21,445 nt of DNA, from positions 1-21,445 of the forward strand of contig JBHLOY010000026.1 in the NCBI GenBank assembly GCA_048939995.1. Reading direction: 5' to 3'. Under the pieces are notes generated by a model, which had not been told where the DNA came from, made no database searches, and worked only from the letters and a program-made list of their open reading frames with translations. Made by a program: the position numbers and the translations under genes. Shown in pieces: positions 1-7,526 of this stretch. The DNA comes from Promethearchaeota archaeon. GTDB taxonomy: Archaea; Asgardarchaeota; Lokiarchaeia; Sigyniarchaeales; SOKP01. The first letter of the stretch is position 1. Each line of letters begins with the position of its first letter.

Positions 1-99
1 AATCCAACAGAGATAAAAAGAAAATTAAGAGAACTCGAATTTGATATAAAAAAGTCTCTATTCTTTGAAAAAGATAAAAATCAAGGTCAAGAGAGATAA
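1..99 (+). CDS. 3' end of an upstream gene (partial), product unknown
   Basis: Frame 1 is open from the window edge: NPTEIKRKLRELEFDIKKSLFFEKDKNQGQER, then TAA at 97-99. An AT-rich intergenic region follows. Confidence 0.6.
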   Translation, partial: NPTEIKRKLRELEFDIKKSLFFEKDKNQGQER

Positions 100-270
100 C
101 CTAAAACTAAAACTTCTTCTTAATATAAATCATTTTAGTTACCAGAAAAACTTGTTAATATTTCAATATACTATTAGCAAATCTATTTATAATTTTAGTT
201 TGTATTAATATTATTAAATATTATTGGGTAAAATCATATTTTAAATAATAAAATTAATGGTGACTATAAT

Positions 271-981
271 ATGCTTTCTCCATTTGGATGGATTGATGGA
301 ATTACTGCTTCTGGAGTGGTTATTTTTGGCATAATTTTTGGCTTATTTTTTATATATAAGGCAAGAAAGACAAATGCTAAGATATTGAACTATTTAGGTT
401 TAGCGAATTTATTTGCGGGATTAATGTATTTAGGAGTATTTGTAGATTTTTTATATGTCCTAATATCACCGACTCATACAAACATAGATAATACATACGG
501 GATGGTTGGGATTTTAAGCTATATCTGGCTTGCACCGGCAATTATTACCTCAATATATATCGGTGCGGAGCTTCAAATACCCAAATTCAAATGGTTTGTT
601 GTAGCATTATTCGTAATATTAAGTGTATTATTCGAAATTCTAATTTTTATCGATCCATTTAATGCATTTAATTTTGTTGATCCACCTGCTCCAGGGATAT
701 TATTAATCGATTATAATGTAATAATATTCTCTATTGCAGGCATTATGATGGCTGTTTTTCTCTTAAGCATAATAGTTCTACTTGGAATTGGTTTTTTAGT
801 TAAAAGCATTCAATCAACAGGTATATTAAGAAAAAAATTTCTATTGTTATCCTTGGGGTCAATATTCTTCTGTGTTTTTGGGTTGTTAGAAGGTTTGACT
901 GAACCCGGTTATACGGTAATTTTTGTGAGAATTGGATATTTAAGCAGTTTTTGGTTTATGTATTATGGCTTGAAAACCTAA
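271..981 (+). CDS. Stand-alone seven-transmembrane membrane protein (HisKA-7TM-like sensor fold), function unknown
   Basis: 236 aa with seven hydrophobic segments. Basic clusters follow TM1 (KARKTNAK) and TM3 (KFK) and precede TM6 (RKK). A GGTGA SD-like motif lies upstream of the ATG. Confidence 0.8.
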   Translation: MLSPFGWIDGITASGVVIFGIIFGLFFIYKARKTNAKILNYLGLANLFAGLMYLGVFVDFLYVLISPTHTNIDNTYGMVGILSYIWLAPAIITSIYIGAELQIPKFKWFVVALFVILSVLFEILIFIDPFNAFNFVDPPAPGILLIDYNVIIFSIAGIMMAVFLLSIIVLLGIGFLVKSIQSTGILRKKFLLLSLGSIFFCVFGLLEGLTEPGYTVIFVRIGYLSSFWFMYYGLKT

Positions 982-985
982 ATTA

Positions 986-995
986 TTTTTTTTTT
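986..995 (+). terminator. Oligo-T archaeal terminator candidate
   Basis: A T10 run begins 4 nt after the stop codon of the 7TM gene. Confidence 0.5.
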
Positions 996-1101
996 ATTTA
1001 AATTTTGTTTTTGACTATTTTAAATTTCAAATTTCGGAAAATACAAAAATTTTGAAGATTTTTCTTATTAAAAAATACTATCATCTATCTAGGTTTATAG
1101 C

Positions 1102-2133
1102 TTGTATGAATATAAATCAGAGATCAACAAAATTAAAGATGTTTTTCAGATTAAGATTGATGTTCCGTTTGCTGTTAAATTTGTTTGTCTTTATCTTTTT
1201 GAGATTGAAGATCAATTAATTCTTATAGATGCAGGACTTAATATAGGAAATTGGAGTAAAAAACTTCTTTCAGCTTTAAATGAAATAGGATTTTCTATTC
1301 ATGATATTGATTACTGTATTATTACACATATTCATTTGGATCACATTGGATTAGCAAGAACTTTAAAGCGGAAGAATGAGAAGCTGAAAATAGTGATGAA
1401 TGATATAACTCATCAGATTCTAGAATGGGAAACTAACGATGATAACATAGGAGAAATGACTTACCAAGCTGAGAATATTGCCAAATTAATGATAAAATAT
1501 GGAATAACGGATGAAGATGTGAAAAAAATAGTTCAATTTTTTACATTTTGGCCACAATATTTACGATATCAGAAGGCTGATATAATTGTACGAGATGGGG
1601 ATAAGATTTTAGATAATTTGGAAGTAATTTGGACTCCAGGTCACAGCTTTGGTCATATATGTATTTTCAACACTAAACAAAAATTTCTTTTTTCTGGAGA
1701 CCATATCCTTTCTAGGATAACCCCTCACATAGGAAACTTTATTATTCCATCTGCTTTGTCTGAACAATATCAAGGCTATGACTTTGACAATATATTACAT
1801 CATTATTTGAAATCTTTGGATAGAATTGATGATTTAAACCCAAAAGTGATCTTTCCAGCCCACCAAGAAATTATATATGAACCTCATGAACGAATAATAG
1901 CAATTAAAGAACATCATAAAAATAGACTTAATGAAATTTCCGATTTAATAAATAATAATCCAATGACACCATTAGAAATTTCTCAGATTCATTTTGGTTC
2001 TAATCTTGATGAAATTAATGCATATATGGCACTAAGTGAAGTATTAGGGCATTTAAAGTATTTGGAGCGCCAAAAAAAAGTCAAAATTAAAGAAGAAGGA
2101 GGAAAAATATATTATTATATTAATAATAAATAA
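1102..2133 (+). CDS. MBL-fold metallo-hydrolase with C-terminal winged-helix domain
   Basis: Motifs THIHLDH (HxHxDH), TPGHSFGH, FSGDH and PAH. The C-terminal MTPLEIS...LGHLKYLE segment is wHTH-like. TTG start. Confidence 0.88.
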   Translation: MYEYKSEINKIKDVFQIKIDVPFAVKFVCLYLFEIEDQLILIDAGLNIGNWSKKLLSALNEIGFSIHDIDYCIITHIHLDHIGLARTLKRKNEKLKIVMNDITHQILEWETNDDNIGEMTYQAENIAKLMIKYGITDEDVKKIVQFFTFWPQYLRYQKADIIVRDGDKILDNLEVIWTPGHSFGHICIFNTKQKFLFSGDHILSRITPHIGNFIIPSALSEQYQGYDFDNILHHYLKSLDRIDDLNPKVIFPAHQEIIYEPHERIIAIKEHHKNRLNEISDLINNNPMTPLEISQIHFGSNLDEINAYMALSEVLGHLKYLERQKKVKIKEEGGKIYYYINNK

Positions 2134-2159
2134 TTATTATAATATTAAATCCAAAATAG

Positions 2160-3062
2160 GTGCAAAAAATGAAATTAATGCGAACTCCGGAAGAAAGATT
2201 TCAAGAGATTACTGATTTTCCTTTCGAAGCCCGATATTTAGAAATTGATGGGATAAGAATCCATTTTATCGATGAAGGGTCTAAAGACAAAGACTGTATT
2301 CTATTAATGCATGGTGAACCCTCATGGAGTTATTTGTATAGACATATGATTCCCATTCTTATAAAAGCTGGATATAGAACTATTGCTCCAGATTTAGTAG
2401 GTTTTGGAAGATCTGATAAACCTAGTGAACAAAGTGACCACACATACCATAAGCATGTAGAATGGATGACAAAATGGGTTAAGGTACTAAACCTTAAAGA
2501 TATTACCTTATTTTGCCAAGATTGGGGTTCTTTAATTGGATTAAGAGTTGCTATTGAGAATCAAGAACGTTTTAGTCGAATTGTTTTATCAAATGGAGGA
2601 TTACCAACTGGAGAGCAAAAGACGAATGATGCTATTATGCAATGGCGGGAGTTTTCAAGAACTTCTCCAAGGTTTGATATAAAATCAATTATGCAATCTG
2701 GAACTATTTCTAAATTGTCTAAGGAGACACTAAAAGGCTATAATGCTCCATTTCCTGATGATTCCTATAAGGCAGGTCCTCGTATCATGCCATCTTTAAT
2801 TCCAATTAGTAAGACTGATCCGGAACACGGGGCAAATAAGAAGGCAATAGAGCAGTATAGGAAATGGGAAAAACCATTTTTAACTGCTTTTTCAGATAGT
2901 GACCCAATTAGTAAAGGAGTCGATAAATTCTGGCAAAAAATAGTTCCAGGAGCAAAAGCACAGGATCATGTTACAATTAAAAATGCGAGTCATTTTGTCC
3001 AAGAAGATAAAGGACCCGAGTTAGCTGATGTTATTATTAATTTTATTAAGAACATTTTATAA
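2160..3062 (+). CDS. Haloalkane dehalogenase, HLD-I subfamily (alpha/beta hydrolase)
   Basis: RTPEERF N-terminus, MHGEPSWSYLY, PDLVGFGRSDKP, nucleophile elbow QDWG (D121/W122), cap Trp (W162), acid D248 and base H278 in HFVQED. GTG start, with an alternative ATG at codon 4. Confidence 0.9.
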   Translation: MQKMKLMRTPEERFQEITDFPFEARYLEIDGIRIHFIDEGSKDKDCILLMHGEPSWSYLYRHMIPILIKAGYRTIAPDLVGFGRSDKPSEQSDHTYHKHVEWMTKWVKVLNLKDITLFCQDWGSLIGLRVAIENQERFSRIVLSNGGLPTGEQKTNDAIMQWREFSRTSPRFDIKSIMQSGTISKLSKETLKGYNAPFPDDSYKAGPRIMPSLIPISKTDPEHGANKKAIEQYRKWEKPFLTAFSDSDPISKGVDKFWQKIVPGAKAQDHVTIKNASHFVQEDKGPELADVIINFIKNIL

Positions 3063-3692
3063 TTTTTTTTTACATTCCTTAATATGTTTGCATTCTAATC
3101 TTCGAAATGTAAATTGCGGGCACGAACAACTCCAAGATCCTTCTTCTGTATACTTGACAATATATTTCTTATTGGGATCACTAGAACTTCGTATTTTCCA
3201 TTGTTTTTCCAGAACATCAGCTATTTTACTCTTCTCTGGCTTAATTGGATTTTCACTTGATAGTAAGTCTTTCAAAAATTCTTCCAATTTGTTGACTCCA
3301 TGCTCTTCTGGGATAATTTTTAAGGCAAAATTATCGTATTCAGTAGGCTTATAATTAACTTGGGCAGCTCCATTTTTAAAAAATTTAGCTACAGTACATG
3401 CATAAGGAAGTCTTTTATTTTTTCGAATATAATCCACTAAATTGATAATTAATAATTCTTTTACTTCTTTATTATCAATAATATTTGTTCCCTTATCGGT
3501 AATTTTATGATAACGAATTGTAGGAAATCTCTCTCCTTCTTTAATTTGTTTATGAATTAAGATATCTCCTTCCTTAACCTCATGATTAGGTAAATTTGAA
3601 ATGCTTCTTTGAAAACCAAAATTAGAAGAATGAAGATGAAGCCACCAATCTCCCTCTAAATCATCTTGAATACCATTAATATTAATCTTCAT
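3057..3692 (-). CDS. Hypothetical protein with C-terminal SWIM-type zinc finger
   Basis: C-terminal YIV...WSCSCPQFTFRRLECKHI matches the SWIM CxCx(n)CxH pattern. The N-terminal ~160 aa were not recognised. Confidence 0.8.
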   Translation of the reverse strand: MKININGIQDDLEGDWWLHLHSSNFGFQRSISNLPNHEVKEGDILIHKQIKEGERFPTIRYHKITDKGTNIIDNKEVKELLIINLVDYIRKNKRLPYACTVAKFFKNGAAQVNYKPTEYDNFALKIIPEEHGVNKLEEFLKDLLSSENPIKPEKSKIADVLEKQWKIRSSSDPNKKYIVKYTEEGSWSCSCPQFTFRRLECKHIKECKKKL

Positions 3693-3839
3693 TTCATCAC
3701 AGACTAATGATTAATGTCTTAATATACAATATAATTTGCTTATATTTAATTTTATAATTATTAAAATGAAACTAAATAATCTAGTGAAAAATTTATTACT
3801 CCTCTAAACTAATTGTAGTAATGATTTTCTGATAAATTT

Positions 3840-4301
3840 TTAGTAACTTGGGCGCAATTCGCCGTTTGGCGTCTTAATCCCTTTTAGCACTACGCATACC
3901 CTTTCTACACTTTTAATATCACTTCTACCTCTAAAGTTCTCTATTAATGCATCAAGTTCTGTTATCTCAGGAACATTAACTTTTAATAGAATACCACATT
4001 CACCTGCCAAAAAGTAGACTTCTTCACACTGAGGCAAAATCTGAGTTTCTCTAATTAATTCTTTTATTTCTGACTGATTTTTTGGAACTAAGGTTACGAA
4101 AGCATAAATACATCTTTCTTCCTCTCGACAAACTTTAATTGTGAATTTTTCTATGACTCCATCTTCTTGTAATCTAATTACACGCTTTCTAACTGTGGAC
4201 TCAGAAAGATCCACTTCCTTCCCTATCTCATGATAAGGTCGTCGTGAATCTTCAATCAACATTTCCAATATTTTTTTATCCTTGTCATCCAGATTTTTCA
4301 T
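3840..4301 (-). CDS. Lrp/AsnC family transcriptional regulator
   Basis: LDDKDKKILEML..DSR..YHEIG...LSESTVRKRV.RL...GVI is an AsnC-type HTH, followed by a RAM-like domain. Confidence 0.93.
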   Translation of the reverse strand: MKNLDDKDKKILEMLIEDSRRPYHEIGKEVDLSESTVRKRVIRLQEDGVIEKFTIKVCREEERCIYAFVTLVPKNQSEIKELIRETQILPQCEEVYFLAGECGILLKVNVPEITELDALIENFRGRSDIKSVERVCVVLKGIKTPNGELRPSY

Positions 4302-4405
4302 AATTAACCCTCTTTCTGGTTATTAATGTTCTTTTACTTTTTAAAAAAAATATTTACTTAAATTAAAAAATATAATATTTTTACTTTCTTTTTATTTTCA
4401 ATTAC

Positions 4406-5359
4406 TTATTTAACGTATTCCGGGAAGTCTTTTAATAATGGTGCAAAAAGCCTTTCATATTCAACTGCCATTGTATGTACGCCTGCTGCTTTGGTTGTTT
4501 TTTTGATTTCCTTAATAAATGGTTCAAAGAACTCAATGTTTATCTTATCGAGTGCAGCATATTTAGCTGGTTTGTTACCCTTATTCTCCTTTTCTGCTTT
4601 TTTAAGTGACTTAAGAAGGTCTTTTGGAACTGAGACTCCAGGTATGTAGTTATCAAAATACCAGGCAATCCCATAAGATTTCAGTGGAAAGACACCTAAA
4701 AGTACAGGAACATTGAATTGCTCCAACTCCTTAAGGAAATCTTTAGCTTCATCAATATCAAATGCCGTTTGTGTTTGAATAAAGTCAACCCCTTGTTCTA
4801 CTTTACGGCCAACTTTAAGAATCTCTGGCTCACGTGGGTTACTATTTGGATTAGCAACGCATCCGTAATTCATTTCAATCTTACCACCCTCAAGTTCATT
4901 CCCTTCATAATCAGTTCCCTCATCGATCATGATCGAAAGCATTTCACAAAACTGAGTACTATCTATATCATAAACAATTCTTCCTTTTTTGTGATCTCCA
5001 AGCGATGTATGATCTCCTGTTAGAGTTAAAATATTTTTCAATCCTAACACAGCTCCTGCTATAACGTCCCCAAATAAGGCAACGCGATTGCGGTCCCTAA
5101 CAGTGACTTGCCAAACTGCTTCAAGCCCTACTTTTTCCTGAATTAAATAACTCGGCACCAATGAAGACATATAGGCATCTCCCTGTGGTCCATCAGTGAC
5201 ATTTGCTGCTATAATTTTCCCAGTTTTCTTCATTTCTTCAGCAGAATGAAATATTTCATTTAGACTAAGTATCTTTTTAGGTTCTAGCTCACCAGTAAAT
5301 ACAAAATGGCCTTCCTCAATCGCTTTGCATAAATTACTGTATGCTGGTCTTTTTCCCAT
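4406..5359 (-). CDS. metF: Methylenetetrahydrofolate reductase, catalytic subunit MetF
   Basis: TGELEP, NVTD, RDRN, LTGDH and FIQTQ motifs of the MTHFR flavoprotein TIM barrel. Directly abuts metV. Confidence 0.92.
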   Translation of the reverse strand: MGKRPAYSNLCKAIEEGHFVFTGELEPKKILSLNEIFHSAEEMKKTGKIIAANVTDGPQGDAYMSSLVPSYLIQEKVGLEAVWQVTVRDRNRVALFGDVIAGAVLGLKNILTLTGDHTSLGDHKKGRIVYDIDSTQFCEMLSIMIDEGTDYEGNELEGGKIEMNYGCVANPNSNPREPEILKVGRKVEQGVDFIQTQTAFDIDEAKDFLKELEQFNVPVLLGVFPLKSYGIAWYFDNYIPGVSVPKDLLKSLKKAEKENKGNKPAKYAALDKINIEFFEPFIKEIKKTTKAAGVHTMAVEYERLFAPLLKDFPEYVK

Positions 5360-6058
5360 TTAGTCCTTCACCTCCTCCTTTTCTTCTTCTACATTTGTGT
5401 ATTCTTTATAAATTTCCATATATCCAGGACTAGTTGAGGTTCTATAATCTCTCGGGCCTCTATACTTTTTAAATAAATCAAGTCTATTGAATTCTTTTAG
5501 ACGTTTCCAAATTTCAACCCAAGCGCATGGAACAGTATATCCTCTGACTTCACACATTCCATCAACCATCCCTCCGCATGGTCCATTACTCAAATGTTTT
5601 GCGCAACCAGCTCTTGGACATAATCCTCCAGTTTCTCCAATGATACAATCTCCGCAAGTTTCACATAGTTCGATAAAATTATTCTCCCCATTACTTTGTG
5701 CTCCTCCAAACATACTATTTTGAGCAGGGAAGGTGAGTTTCTCTGGTAAAACTTTATTCATCATAACGACACCTAAGCCACATGCTAAGGTTATAATAGC
5801 TTCATAATCATTTAAGATTGGCCTTATAGTTGTAGCAGCAATTCTATCATCACATTGTCTTAGTACTGTAATGGATTTCCATTTAAGAGTTTTCCCTTCA
5901 GTTCTTGCTTTTAGTTCTAGAAGTTGTCCCAATAATTTAGCCTCATTCAGAGATCGAGGTGGCTGGCAACATCCATCACAGCCGGCTACTAAAATTTTTG
6001 AATATGGTCTAATATATTCGTATATTTCAACAATATCTTTTAATTGGGTTATGATCAT
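5360..6058 (-). CDS. metV: MetV, Fe-S/Zn subunit of methylene-THF reductase (MTHFR_C domain)
   Basis: Cys-rich pattern GCDGC, RQCD, ACGLG, CETCGDC, GGLCP...CAK.LSNGPCGG, CEV and CAW. Confidence 0.92.
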   Translation of the reverse strand: MIITQLKDIVEIYEYIRPYSKILVAGCDGCCQPPRSLNEAKLLGQLLELKARTEGKTLKWKSITVLRQCDDRIAATTIRPILNDYEAIITLACGLGVVMMNKVLPEKLTFPAQNSMFGGAQSNGENNFIELCETCGDCIIGETGGLCPRAGCAKHLSNGPCGGMVDGMCEVRGYTVPCAWVEIWKRLKEFNRLDLFKKYRGPRDYRTSTSPGYMEIYKEYTNVEEEKEEVKD

Positions 6059-6104
6059 TTTCTACAACTCTTTATTTTTTAACTTTTTTTTGAATTAAAA
6101 AAAT

Positions 6105-6989
6105 TTATGTGATTAGTTTTTCAATTAATTTGTTAGGTTTTACACTTCTACTTGTAAGACTTAAATCTTCAATACTAACTCCTAAAGCTACTGCCATAAG
6201 TTCTGCCAAATAAAGAACAGGAATATCCAATTCCTTCCCAGACTTTCTAGCGATAATTTTTTCCTTCCTATCATATTGAGTTACACAAGCAGGGCAGACG
6301 GCAATTAAGGCATCAACTTCCTCACTAAATTCACATAATTCTGTCATTTTTTCCTCTACAAGTTTCTCCCCGATTTCATCCTGTAGACGAGCGCAATAAC
6401 CACAACATTCTAATTTCGTAGCAAAATTTATGGTATTTGCTCCTAATGCTTGAAGTATAATATCTATTTTTTCTGGTTTTTCCGGATGATCAAAACGCAT
6501 TATTTTACTTGGTCTAACGAGGTGGCATCCATAATGTACAGCAAGATTTAAGTCATCTAAGGGTTTTACAACTAGGTTTTTTATTTTGTCAAGCATTTTG
6601 GGTTCAGTGAATAATTCAACAAAGTGATAAACCTTTGTTTTTCCTTCATACTCATGATTTATCTTCTTCAATAATACATTAATTTTCTTTAAATAATCTT
6701 TATCCTCTTCTAATAAGACGCTTACAGTCTTTAATGTTTCATAGCATCCAGAACATATAGTAAGTACATTTAATCCCATTTTTTCGGCTATTGAGAGATT
6801 TCTTGCTCCGAGAGTCATCCATGTATCAATATTTAAAGATTGTAAAGAAACGGGTTCTGGACAACAGCTTACGCCCGGCATTTCTTTTAAATTTAAACCT
6901 AAAATACTTGCAACATCTCTAAATGCTTTTTCAAGATGAGGAAGTTTTAAAGGTATTGTGCAACCTAGAAACAAAGCATAATCTACCAT
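6105..6989 (-). CDS. hdrB: Heterodisulfide reductase subunit B
   Basis: Two CCG-type domains: FLGC..SCCP..CSGC and HYGCH..CCG..CPAC. Confidence 0.93.
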   Translation of the reverse strand: MVDYALFLGCTIPLKLPHLEKAFRDVASILGLNLKEMPGVSCCPEPVSLQSLNIDTWMTLGARNLSIAEKMGLNVLTICSGCYETLKTVSVLLEEDKDYLKKINVLLKKINHEYEGKTKVYHFVELFTEPKMLDKIKNLVVKPLDDLNLAVHYGCHLVRPSKIMRFDHPEKPEKIDIILQALGANTINFATKLECCGYCARLQDEIGEKLVEEKMTELCEFSEEVDALIAVCPACVTQYDRKEKIIARKSGKELDIPVLYLAELMAVALGVSIEDLSLTSRSVKPNKLIEKLIT

Positions 6990-7523
6990 TTACTTATCAA
7001 CCTCCTTTTTGATTATAAGATTTCCCAATCCCGTTTCATTAATTATTAATTTAATTTCCTCTAGATTGGGGGGAATAATTTCTGGTAAGCCTAATCTTTC
7101 TCTCCTTCGATCAACATTCTTCTTCAAACCTTCAGTATAGGGCACTACAAAACCATTATCGTAAATAACCTCAACTGTACTGGAATATTCCTTAGGGATT
7201 CTTCCTTCATTTGCAGCTAAATTTCGTAATAAAGCTAAAATGAAAGAGTAATCAACATTTTTAGGACATCTTTCAGTACATCTGTGACATAACGAACATG
7301 TCCAAATTGCGTTACTTGATAATACTTCTTCTTTCAGACCTAAAAGACATGATGCTACTACTCTATGTGGTTGTAGATCAACATATTCCGTAACTGTACA
7401 GCCAGAACTGCATACTCCACACTGAATACATTTTAAAAGTGATTTTGCACCTACTTTCTTTGCAATTTCATAGCGAAAGTTCAAGTCTAATTCCTTAGCG
7501 TTCTTTTTTAACATTTCAGACAA
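6990..7523 (-). CDS. hdrC: Heterodisulfide reductase subunit C
   Basis: CIQCGVCSSGC and IWTCSLCHRCTERCP provide two [4Fe-4S] motifs. RRERLGLP tail. TTG start with upstream AAAGGAGG. Confidence 0.92.
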   Translation of the reverse strand: MSEMLKKNAKELDLNFRYEIAKKVGAKSLLKCIQCGVCSSGCTVTEYVDLQPHRVVASCLLGLKEEVLSSNAIWTCSLCHRCTERCPKNVDYSFILALLRNLAANEGRIPKEYSSTVEVIYDNGFVVPYTEGLKKNVDRRRERLGLPEIIPPNLEEIKLIINETGLGNLIIKKEVDK

Positions 7524-7526
7524 TTT

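Noticed and set aside
271-981. Microbial rhodopsin (helio-/schizorhodopsin) call for the 7TM protein
   Set aside because: There is no retinal-binding Lys in the middle of TM7 (VRIGYLSSFWF) and no recognisable rhodopsin TM3 motif.
3028-3354. 108-aa + strand ORF
   Set aside because: Antisense shadow of the SWIM gene with no recognisable motifs.
4718-6098. Three + strand ORFs (4718-5023, 5487-5723, 5871-6098)
   Set aside because: Antisense to the well-supported metF/metV genes, with no protein-like features.
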